Positions 30,865 through 40,882 of a stretch of 64,000 bases of DNA are shown one piece after another. The stretch lies in NCBI GenBank assembly GCA_044376115.1, contig JBILLK010000037.1, positions 39,304 through 103,303 of the forward strand, in the 5' to 3' direction. Both the position numbers and the translations under genes were made by a program. The number at the start of each line of letters is the position of its first letter. The stretch's first letter is position 1. The notes beneath the pieces are model-generated. The model was not told the origin of the DNA. It did no database searches and saw only the letters and a list, made by a program, of their open reading frames with translations. Source of the stretch: Polyangiaceae bacterium (GTDB taxonomy: Bacteria; Myxococcota_A; Polyangia; Polyangiales; Polyangiaceae).

Positions 30865-32793
30865 CTACGGAGAGCCGCGCTTGGCCGCGCGCGAAGCGCC
30901 GAGGGCGCGCAACGCGCGATAAACGCCCTCATCCCCGCTCATTCCGACGCGGCCACCGTGCTCGGGCCAGGGCACCTGGTTGACCAATGCCTGGTCGCGC
31001 ACGTCGGGGCCACGCCAGGTGCTCGGCGCTTGGCTGAGGTTGGCCTCGCGCTCGAGCCCGGAGGGCAGCCCTAATGCAATATCCGGCGTGACGCCGACCT
31101 GTTGCAGCGGTGAGCCGTCGGGCAACGAAAACACCAGCGTGGTGAGCCGCAATACGCCTCGCCCCGCCTCGTCGTCGAGGTACTCCTGAGCGCAGCCCTT
31201 GCCGTAGGTCCGGCTTCCGAGCACCGGCCCGCGGCGATAGGCCATTAGCGCGCCGGCGATCATTTCCGCCGCCGAGGCGCTATCACCGTCCACCAACGCC
31301 GCTACGGGGCCCTTCCAATGATCGCCGTCCACCACGCGGGGAGCGCGGTCCACCTCGATGGTGCCGTCGCGACGCCGCAACGGAAAGAGCGGTGCGCCCG
31401 GGAGAAAGACGCCCAACGCGGTGAGCGCGCCGTCGGTCGAGCCGCCGCCATTGCCACGAAGATCCAACAGGATGCCGCTCGGTGGTTCGACCTCCGAGGC
31501 GATCGCCGAGAGCACCAAGTCCCCGAGATCGTCGGGTACATCGGGGATCTGCAGCACGAGCACGCGGCCTTCGCCGTAGTCCACCAGGTGGTGGCTGAGT
31601 CCGACGGCCGCCTCCGCCAGCGGCTCGTCGCTCGGCTGCGGCGCGCTCAAGCGGAAGCTCTGCGGCTGCTTTTCGTTCTCGCGCAAGACGGTCACGGCGC
31701 GCGCTTCATCGCCGACCAACGCCAGCTGGTTGGCCTGTTCGATCGAGAGGCCGGAGACCGAGACCCCGCCGATCTCGATCACGATGTCGCCCTCTTGCAG
31801 CGGCGCCAGCGCGTCGCGGTCGATGCGCGCTCCGAGCGCAGTGCGCGTCATGTCGCCCCAAAGGTGCGCAGGCGGTAGCACCTCGAGGCTCAGGTCGTAG
31901 ATGCTGCTCTCTTCATCGAGCGGCGCCCAGGCTCCGTGTGGGTCCACCTGCGGCAGATACGCGCGAACCGCGGCGGCCAGCAGCACCTCGCTCCATTCGA
32001 GCGCGCTGAGCTTGGGCGCCATGCGCTCGATCGCGGCCTGGCAATGCCGTTCCATCTCCTGCCCAAAGGCCGCCCGCCCGACGCCCAGGCTGTGCCCGAT
32101 CAGTCGGGCCAGATCGCTCGAACGCCGCGTGGCGGTGCCGTCCTCGAAGGGCGTCCCGCTCACGACCTCCCAGCGCCGACGAGGCTCGAACGCCTGCTCG
32201 GCGCCGATCTGGCGCGCTTGCATCATCACCGTGCGCAGGTCGTCCACCCAGCTCGCCAGGGAGGCGCCCACCGCGATCGCGTTGCTGCAGGGCCCGGCTT
32301 GCGGCGCGGCCTCCAGTTCAGCGAGCAGCTCGGCGGCGTGCTTCTCGATCTCGCGTGCGACCGGTGAATCCGGCGCGACCGACCAGAAGCCATGCGGGTC
32401 GAGCCAGTCCGCCGCGGAGCGCGCAAACCGTGCGGCGACGACCGGCTCGGCGGGCACGGCGCGCAACATCCGCGCTTGCCGAGTGATCGTGCGAGCGTCG
32501 GTGCAGGTGAGCGTTGGTAGCTCGCCGTTGGGGTAGACAAGGCCCTTGTTGCCGTCGGCCGGCTCGCCGACTTGCTCCGGCTCCTGTTGCGGCGCGGGGC
32601 AGCTTACCGCCACGTTCGGCCGCAGGCCGTTGAGCCTGCAGGTAAGGCCAGCCTGCGGCTGCGTCGGCTGCGGAATTCCGAGCCATAAACAGCCCAACAC
32701 CAGCGCCAACGTCTTGCCGCCGAGGAAGACGAGGCGGGAGCTGGAGGGGCGGGCTCGGCCCGCCGAGGCAGGCAGAGAAGAGGAGCTGGGCAC
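30865..32793 (-). CDS. S41 family carboxyl-terminal processing protease
   Basis: DPHG, PDZ-like LQEGDIVIEIGG, LDLRGNGGG, SASAAE, GSRTYGKG, GVTPDI. Start uncertain. Confidence 0.88.
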   Translation of the reverse strand: MPSSSSLPASAGRARPSSSRLVFLGGKTLALVLGCLWLGIPQPTQPQAGLTCRLNGLRPNVAVSCPAPQQEPEQVGEPADGNKGLVYPNGELPTLTCTDARTITRQARMLRAVPAEPVVAARFARSAADWLDPHGFWSVAPDSPVAREIEKHAAELLAELEAAPQAGPCSNAIAVGASLASWVDDLRTVMMQARQIGAEQAFEPRRRWEVVSGTPFEDGTATRRSSDLARLIGHSLGVGRAAFGQEMERHCQAAIERMAPKLSALEWSEVLLAAAVRAYLPQVDPHGAWAPLDEESSIYDLSLEVLPPAHLWGDMTRTALGARIDRDALAPLQEGDIVIEIGGVSVSGLSIEQANQLALVGDEARAVTVLRENEKQPQSFRLSAPQPSDEPLAEAAVGLSHHLVDYGEGRVLVLQIPDVPDDLGDLVLSAIASEVEPPSGILLDLRGNGGGSTDGALTALGVFLPGAPLFPLRRRDGTIEVDRAPRVVDGDHWKGPVAALVDGDSASAAEMIAGALMAYRRGPVLGSRTYGKGCAQEYLDDEAGRGVLRLTTLVFSLPDGSPLQQVGVTPDIALGLPSGLEREANLSQAPSTWRGPDVRDQALVNQVPWPEHGGRVGMSGDEGVYRALRALGASRAAKRGSP

Positions 32794-32958
32794 GGAGGCT
32801 GACAATCCTAGGTCCGACGAAGGCCACAAATCCAGAAAGCGTGGCGGGGGCTGGGGAATGGCTCCCAATGTGCCGCCAAGCTCGCAGCAAGTTTTGCGGC
32901 TCTCCTGGTGCTCGCCGCAAGGATTGCGCGTTCTTCCCCTCCTATGCCCCCGAGGCCC

Positions 32959-32974
32959 AGGCACCGCCCTTGCT
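32959..32974 (+). promoter_or_regulatory. Putative sigma54 (-24/-12) promoter upstream of the sigma factor gene
   Basis: AGGCACCGCCCTTGCT with GG-N10-GC spacing, 60 nt before the ATG at 33034. Confidence 0.6.
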
Positions 32975-33033
32975 TAGGACGTTGCGCAACGAAGCTTTGG
33001 GCCCTTAGAGGGCCCCTCAACAAAGGAATCAAT

Positions 33034-33828
33034 ATGGCCTCTACGGTTTCAACATCCAAAGGCGGTTTCAAGGCGCTCACGGCCGACGAAGAGCGCGTGT
33101 TGGTGCAGCGTTATCACGCTGGAGACCGCAAGGCTTTGGACAGGCTGGTCGCTGCTTGTCTGCCTTTCGTCGCGTCGGTGGCGATGGAGTACCGGCGCTG
33201 GGGTCACCCGCTGGAAGACGTGATTCAAGAAGGCTGCATGGGCCTGATGAAGGCGATCGATCGCTTCGATACCGACCGCGGATGTCGGCTCATCACCTAC
33301 GCCTGCTACTGGATTCGCGCCGAAATCCGCGCCTTCGTGGTGAAGGCCTATCGTTTGGTGCGCATCGGCAGCTCCAAGGCCGAGCGGCGAGCCTTGCGTC
33401 ACTATCGCAAGACCCGCGAGCGCGACCCGGTCGAGTTGGCGCGGGTCAGCGGTATGACGGTGGAGAAGGCGGAGAACCTCCTGCCGGCGCTGGTGAGCCG
33501 AGAAGCCAGCCTCGACGATTCGGATGGGGAGCGTTCCTCGCCGGGCGAGCGGATGGTGAGCCCCGGGCCCAACCCCGAGGAGATGGTCACCGACCGCGAC
33601 TCACAATCCCGCGTCAATAACGCCCTCGCGCAAGCTGTCTCGGCGCTCCCACCGCGCGAGCGGACGATCCTCGAGATGCGCTACCTCGGCGAGGAGACCC
33701 ACACGCTCGATGAGCTCGGGCGCAGCTTCGGCATCAGCAAAGAGCGCGTACGGCAGCTCGAGGAGCGCGCCATGAAGCGCGTGCGTGAGTCGCTCGGCGC
33801 TGTTTGGGCCGCTGATTCGGCGGCCTGA
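33034..33828 (+). CDS. RNA polymerase sigma factor, sigma70 group 3 (RpoH/sigma32-like)
   Basis: EDVIQEGCMGLMKAIDRFD, RLITYACYWIRAEI, TLDELGRSFGISKERVRQLE; AAGGA RBS. Confidence 0.92.
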   Translation: MASTVSTSKGGFKALTADEERVLVQRYHAGDRKALDRLVAACLPFVASVAMEYRRWGHPLEDVIQEGCMGLMKAIDRFDTDRGCRLITYACYWIRAEIRAFVVKAYRLVRIGSSKAERRALRHYRKTRERDPVELARVSGMTVEKAENLLPALVSREASLDDSDGERSSPGERMVSPGPNPEEMVTDRDSQSRVNNALAQAVSALPPRERTILEMRYLGEETHTLDELGRSFGISKERVRQLEERAMKRVRESLGAVWAADSAA

Positions 33829-33885
33829 GCGAGAGGCCGTTGGCCGGCCTCGTTCCGGTCCCAGCTGCGGTGTACAGTAGCCGCG

Positions 33886-34428
33886 TTGAAGCACCGTACC
33901 GAAGGCCTGGCCATCGTTGTTTTGGGATGCAAAGTGGATGCGTTTGGCGGCCCATCTCCTGCGCTTCGTCGCAGGCTGAGTTGGGGCGCTGCCGCTTATC
34001 ACTGCGGCCTCGCTGAGGCGGTGATCGTCGCCGGGGGCCGGCGTTGGGGCGAGCACATGGAGGCCAGCGTGATGGCGCGGGGCCTCGAGGCGCTGGGCGT
34101 GCCCCGCGAACGGATCTTCCCGGAGATGCTCTCGATGACGACCGCTGAAAATGCGGTCTTTTGTCAGGAGTTGATGCTCCACGAGGGGTTTCGTAAGGCG
34201 CTGGTGGTGACCTGCTGCTTCCACCTCCCGCGTGCACTGGATTGCTTTCGCGCGGTCGGGGTGGAGGTCCAAGGGCTCGCGGCGCCGTCACCCCCGCTGC
34301 CTTGGCGTGCGGCCGCGCGCAGGCGCGTGCACGAGGCGTCGGCCTTGTGGATCGACCGCAGCTACCTGCGAAAGATCTGCGCGGATCGCGCTCGGGGCTT
34401 TCACCCGTTCACCGGACTGCAGGCATGA
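33886..34428 (+). CDS. YdcF/DUF218 family protein
   Basis: AIVVLG, IVAGG, EASVMA, SMTTAENA, LVVT..FHLPRA. Confidence 0.88.
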   Translation: MKHRTEGLAIVVLGCKVDAFGGPSPALRRRLSWGAAAYHCGLAEAVIVAGGRRWGEHMEASVMARGLEALGVPRERIFPEMLSMTTAENAVFCQELMLHEGFRKALVVTCCFHLPRALDCFRAVGVEVQGLAAPSPPLPWRAAARRRVHEASALWIDRSYLRKICADRARGFHPFTGLQA

Positions 34429-36602
34429 GGCGGTTTCGACGGCTCGGCTCGCTCGCGGCGGCGCTCGGCCTGTGGGCCTGCTCGCAGAAATCGCCGGACG
34501 GTGCGGCCTCGAGCGCAGCGTTGCCCGCAGCTCCTCCCTCCGCGTTAGCGCAGCCCGCTTCGCCCGAGGTGCTCACGGCCTTGCGCGAGGCCGAGCATCG
34601 GCGCCGTGCGCTGGGCGTCGGTGAAGAGGCGGTGAACAGCGCCAACGTCGCGACCCGTCGAGCCGCGGCGCGCGCGCTGGCCCGCATCGCCGGTCCCGAA
34701 GTGCGCCCGAGCCTGCTGAACCTGCTGAGCGATGAGGACGTCGAGGTCGTGCGCTTTGCGGCCTACGGCCTGGGCTTCGATTGTTCGGCGGGCGCCGACG
34801 CGGTGGTCTCGGCGTTGGCCGCGCGCGCGGTCTCGCTGCCCAGCGAAGAGCCGTGGGATGTTGCGCACCTGGCCGTGATGCGGGCGATCGGCGCTTGTTC
34901 GAGTTCGCCCAAAGCCGAGCCGACGCTCGCGGCTTGGCTGACGAATGAGCGGCGCGGTTGTGGTGCCGCGCTCGGGCTCGGTGATCTGGCCGGTCGCACC
35001 CGGCGGCTGCGCGAGGAGACCTGGGTCGCGCTGCTCAACCGCGCGCAAGGCAGTGTCTCGAGCCCAGCGTGCGGGGCTGCGTTCTATCCGTTTTCACGCG
35101 TCCCCCACGTACCGCCGAGCGTGGAGAAACGGCTGCTCGAGGTGGCTACCGCAGCGCTGCAGCGCGAAGACCCGTATCGTTTGATGACCTTGCGCGCGCT
35201 CAGCCGCGCCGGCGCCGACGCAGCGACCGTGCTCGAGCCGGTGCTCTTGGGTGGCTCGACGTCCTTCTCGATGGAGGAAAAGGTGGAGGCCTTTCGAGCG
35301 GTGGCGCGCTTGGAAAAAGGCGGCCAGGCGCTGCTGGTAAAGGCCTTCGAGTCGTGGGCGTCCGCAGCTCCCGCCGAACTCGCCAAGGGCGCGCCGGAGG
35401 CGCAACAACTGCTCGCGGCGCTGGCGCTGGTGCCGGCCGATCCGCGCTTCGCCAAGCCGCTCGAACGGCTTGCTCAGCTGCCGGCCGAAGGGGCGAACGA
35501 TCGCGGCAAGCGCATCCTCTCGATGCTGCGCTGCAGGGCGGCCGCACGGCTCGTGGCTTCGACCAACGCGCCGCTGCTCGCGCGTTGCGACCTCGCCGGC
35601 TCGACCGAGCGGAAGCGAGCCGAGCTCGTGCTGCTCGACCGCATCCCGCTCGGCGCAGCCGAAAAGACGTTGTATTCGAAGCTCGCCGCGGATGAGAACG
35701 TGCTCGTTCGTGAAGAGGCGCTGGAGCTCTTGGTGAAGCACGAGGGTCTACCGCGCAAAGCGACCCTGCTCGAAGCGCTGCGCGCAAAACCTTCCGGCGT
35801 GGTGATCGCCGCGTTGCAACTTTTGGCGAAGCACCCGCGGCTCGCCGCCAAGGCCGGCTCCGAAGACGAAGTGAAGGAAGGCGATAAGAAGATCGCCACG
35901 ATCGAACCGGAGGCCGAGATCATCGCGGCGGTGAAGGCGCTCGTACCGCGCGCAGTGGCAGAGAAAGAGCCCGAGTTCATCGACGCTTGCATCGACGCCA
36001 TCGGCGCGCTCGGCGCGCGCGAGCTATTGCCGTTGGTCGAGCCGTTCTGTCGTTCGGAGAGCCCGCAGACCCGCGAGCGCGCCAAGAACACCATCACGCT
36101 TTTATCGGGCGCAACGCCCTCGTGCAGCTTGCCCGAAGGCAGCGAAAAGGCGCCGCCGGAGGCCGCTCGCGCAGCGCCCACCAAGCTGCGGCTCACGTTC
36201 GCAAGCGACGCGGGCGAGCTCGTGATCGTGCTCGACGGTGAGAGCGCGCCGGTCACCACGCAACGCTTCGCCGAGCTCGCACGCAAAGGCTTTTTCAACG
36301 GCAACCTGCTGCATCGCGTGGACCCTTCCTACGTCGTGCAGTTTGGTTCGCCCGACGGCGACGGCTTCGGCGGCCCCACCGACGTAGAGCCCTTTCGCTG
36401 TGAGACGGGGCCGCTACCCTTTGGTCCGCTCAGCGTCGGTGTGGCGCTCTCCGGACGCGATACCGGCAAAAGCCAATTGTTCGTTACACGCGCGCGCCAC
36501 CCTCATATCGACGGTCTCTACCCACTGGTCGGCCTGGCCGAAGGGCCGTGGGAGAAGGTGATCGAGGGTGACGTGATTCGCAGCGTGACCGTCAGCGAGT
36601 AG
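34425..36602 (+). CDS. HEAT-repeat lipoprotein with C-terminal cyclophilin-type PPIase domain
   Basis: Lipobox LWAC, HEAT-like repeats, APVT..F..LARKGFFNG..LHRV, SGRDTGKSQLFV; ATGA overlap. Confidence 0.87.
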   Translation: MRRFRRLGSLAAALGLWACSQKSPDGAASSAALPAAPPSALAQPASPEVLTALREAEHRRRALGVGEEAVNSANVATRRAAARALARIAGPEVRPSLLNLLSDEDVEVVRFAAYGLGFDCSAGADAVVSALAARAVSLPSEEPWDVAHLAVMRAIGACSSSPKAEPTLAAWLTNERRGCGAALGLGDLAGRTRRLREETWVALLNRAQGSVSSPACGAAFYPFSRVPHVPPSVEKRLLEVATAALQREDPYRLMTLRALSRAGADAATVLEPVLLGGSTSFSMEEKVEAFRAVARLEKGGQALLVKAFESWASAAPAELAKGAPEAQQLLAALALVPADPRFAKPLERLAQLPAEGANDRGKRILSMLRCRAAARLVASTNAPLLARCDLAGSTERKRAELVLLDRIPLGAAEKTLYSKLAADENVLVREEALELLVKHEGLPRKATLLEALRAKPSGVVIAALQLLAKHPRLAAKAGSEDEVKEGDKKIATIEPEAEIIAAVKALVPRAVAEKEPEFIDACIDAIGALGARELLPLVEPFCRSESPQTRERAKNTITLLSGATPSCSLPEGSEKAPPEAARAAPTKLRLTFASDAGELVIVLDGESAPVTTQRFAELARKGFFNGNLLHRVDPSYVVQFGSPDGDGFGGPTDVEPFRCETGPLPFGPLSVGVALSGRDTGKSQLFVTRARHPHIDGLYPLVGLAEGPWEKVIEGDVIRSVTVSE

Positions 36603-36605
36603 CGC

Positions 36606-37304
36606 TCACTTCTTCTTCGCGGCGGGCTTCTTTGCAGCGGGCTTGTTCGCGGCAGCAGCGGCGGGCTTCTTTGCAGCGGCGGGCTTCTTTGCAGCAGCGG
36701 GCTTCTTTGCAGCAGCGGCCGGCTTCTTCGCGGCAGCAGCGGCGGGCTTCTTTGCAGCGGCGGGCTTCTTCGCAGCAGCGGCGGGCTTCTTCGCAGCAGC
36801 GGCGGGCTTCTTCGCGGCAACAGCGGCGGCCTTCTTAGCAGCGGGCTTCTTAGCAGCGGGCTTCTTAGCAGCGGGCTTCTTAGCAGCGGGCTTCTTGGCA
36901 GCGGGCTTCTTCGGGCCGCCGAAGTAGTCCTCCATCGGGATGAAGTAGAAATCGCGCCAACCGTCGGCGTACTTGTCGGCGGTGCCCTTGGGCAGGTTGT
37001 CATGCTGCAGCGTGAGCTTGGTCTCTCCGTCGTGTTCGGCGAAGGTGAGCGTCACCTTGGAGTCTTTGGCCGACTTGGCGAACTCGGTGGTGCGCCAGCT
37101 CTGGACGATCTTTTCTCCCGGGACGAGCTCGAGGGTGGTGCCGGAGATGTAGCCGGCCCAAGCGTCGAAATGCGTTCCCGCTACGGCCTGAATGTGGGCC
37201 GGGCTGCCGGTCATCTTCGAGTGCAGTTTGCTATCGAGGTAGGCGGCGTAAACTTTTTCGGGTTTGGCAGGAAGAAGAAGGGCGAGCTTTAGCTTCGTCG
37301 ACAT
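36606..37304 (-). CDS. SRPBCC/AHSA1-like domain fused to a histone H1-like Lys/Ala/Pro tail
   Basis: PEKVYAAYLD, ELVPGEKIVQSWR, TKLTLQH, GWRDFYF, then ~100 aa of KKPAA(A) repeats. Confidence 0.88.
   Translation of the reverse strand: MSTKLKLALLLPAKPEKVYAAYLDSKLHSKMTGSPAHIQAVAGTHFDAWAGYISGTTLELVPGEKIVQSWRTTEFAKSAKDSKVTLTFAEHDGETKLTLQHDNLPKGTADKYADGWRDFYFIPMEDYFGGPKKPAAKKPAAKKPAAKKPAAKKPAAKKAAAVAAKKPAAAAKKPAAAAKKPAAAKKPAAAAAKKPAAAAKKPAAAKKPAAAKKPAAAAANKPAAKKPAAKKK
36609..36912. repeat. Coding tandem repeat (15/18/21/24-bp units encoding KKPAA variants)
   Basis: Repeated GCAGCGGGCTTCTT core on the plus strand. Confidence 0.9.
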
Positions 37305-37360
37305 GCGCGCGACGCTAGCAAGTTCGCCCTTCGCGGTCTCGGCTAGTTGTTAACGTCGGC

Positions 37361-38470
37361 TCACTTCGGCAGCTCGGGCTCGACCAAGGTCTTGCCGCAA
37401 TCGAGCGTACCGAGGAAGGCGACGATGGCTTTGATGTCGTCGGTGGTGAGGTTCTTCTCGGTGAGCAAGGCCGAGAGGTTCTTGTTCTTGATGCCGCCGC
37501 CCGCCATCAAGCTCACAGCGTCTTCGAGCTTGGCGACCGAGCCGTCGTGGAAGTAGGGCGCGCTCTTCGACACGTTGCGCAGGCTGGGGACCTTGAAGGC
37601 AGCCCAATCAGCGTCCTTCTTGCTGACCGAGAAGCGACCGACGTCCACCTCTTCTTCCTTCTTGTCCTTGGTGCCGATGCCAGCGTTGTAATACGCGCCT
37701 TCCTTCGAGCCGTAGGCCGCCGAGAAGAAGGGCGGGTTGTGGCAGTTGACGCAGCCGGCTTTGCCCAAGAACAAATCCAGGCCCTTCTTCTGTTCGTCGT
37801 TGAAGGCCTTGGCGTCGCCTTTGGCGTACTTGTCGTAGACGGTGTTGTCGCACACCAAGGTGCGCTCGTAGGCCGCGAGCGACTTGACGATCGTGTCGGG
37901 GGTAACGCCAACGCCCGGGAACACAGCGTCGAACTGCTTCTTGTAGCCTTCGATCTTTTCGATCTCTTTGGCCTTCGCCTCGAGGTTCTCTTTGCCGACG
38001 CCCATGTTGCCGCCGGACCAGGCCCCAGTCGCCTGCGCCTCGAGCGAAGGAGCGCGGCCGTCCCAGTAGTGCGAGCCGAGGTAGCCGACGTTCCAGATCA
38101 CCGGGCTGTGGCGCGTCAGCTTCTTCTCTTCAGCGCCGATCGCGATCGGGTCCTTCCCGCCGTTGCCGTCCTCATTGAGGTGGCACGAGTAACACGAGCG
38201 CGTTCCGTCTTTGCTCAGCCGTTTGTCGAAGAACAGCTGGTTGCCGAGCTTCACCTTCGCTTCGCTCTGCGGGTTGTCTTCCGGTACCGGGACTTTGCCC
38301 AGATCGAACGGCAACTCCATCTTCTCTTCAGCGGCCGAGGCGGGGGCCGCCGCGGTTGTCTTGGCAGCGCTCGCGGAAGAGGCTCCACCCTTCGGCTCCG
38401 GCGTGCATCCCACGGCCATCACGAGACTCGCAATCAACCCAACGAACTCGATGCGTGTTTCGATTTTCAC
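37361..38470 (-). CDS. Di-heme cytochrome c peroxidase (CcP/MauG family) lipoprotein
   Basis: LFFDKRLS, CYSCH, WDGRA..LEAQA, CVNCH, FKVPSLRNV..APYFHDGS. Confidence 0.93.
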   Translation of the reverse strand: MKIETRIEFVGLIASLVMAVGCTPEPKGGASSASAAKTTAAAPASAAEEKMELPFDLGKVPVPEDNPQSEAKVKLGNQLFFDKRLSKDGTRSCYSCHLNEDGNGGKDPIAIGAEEKKLTRHSPVIWNVGYLGSHYWDGRAPSLEAQATGAWSGGNMGVGKENLEAKAKEIEKIEGYKKQFDAVFPGVGVTPDTIVKSLAAYERTLVCDNTVYDKYAKGDAKAFNDEQKKGLDLFLGKAGCVNCHNPPFFSAAYGSKEGAYYNAGIGTKDKKEEEVDVGRFSVSKKDADWAAFKVPSLRNVSKSAPYFHDGSVAKLEDAVSLMAGGGIKNKNLSALLTEKNLTTDDIKAIVAFLGTLDCGKTLVEPELPK

Positions 38471-38532
38471 GAGCGAGGCTTAGCCCAGTTGGCGGCTCAC
38501 CGCCAATGCGCCCAGAGGCAGAACAGCGTAAC

Positions 38533-38570
38533 AAAAGGCGAACGGCGAAGAGCTTGCGCCCTTCGCCGTT
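38533..38570 (-). terminator. Rho-independent terminator of groESL
   Basis: Minus strand AACGGCGAAGGGC-GCAA-GCTCTTCGCCGTT followed by CGCCTTTT. Confidence 0.7.
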
Positions 38571-38615
38571 GCTTTGCTCATAGCGACCGTACGTAACGGT
38601 CAGCTACGTGCGATC

Positions 38616-40561
<1,946 letters not shown>

Positions 40562-40672
40562 TGACGATCCTCCGACGTTGATTGTTTGCAGCGTTCGCCA
40601 CGCGAACGCACGAATCCCTGGGCGTGAGATAAAGCTGCGCACGCCCTAACTTTTGCTCGCAGTATTAGGTCT

Positions 40673-40699
40673 TTGGCACTCAGTGAGAACGAGTGCCAG
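40673..40699. promoter_or_regulatory. CIRCE element (HrcA operator)
   Basis: TTGGCACTC-N9-GAGTGCCAG versus consensus TTAGCACTC-N9-GAGTGCTAA, upstream of groES. Confidence 0.9.
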
Positions 40700-40711
40700 C
40701 GAACGCGGCCC

Positions 40712-40739
40712 ACTCTATTCACCGAACGGGGGGTGTCAA
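40712..40739 (-). promoter_or_regulatory. Sigma70-type promoter of groESL
   Basis: TTGACA-16 nt-TAGAGT on the minus strand, just upstream of CIRCE. Confidence 0.7.
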
Positions 40740-40882
40740 CCCTCCGCCACCCCGAAATAGTGCTGGAGACGCGTTTAGCACTCGGTTTGTAGGGTGCTTG
40801 TGACCGGGGCTCCACGCCGGCCTCAGAGATTTCACGCTGCTGTCAGCCCGGAACACTGGCCGGCCTGGGGTGTCGGCTGGGG

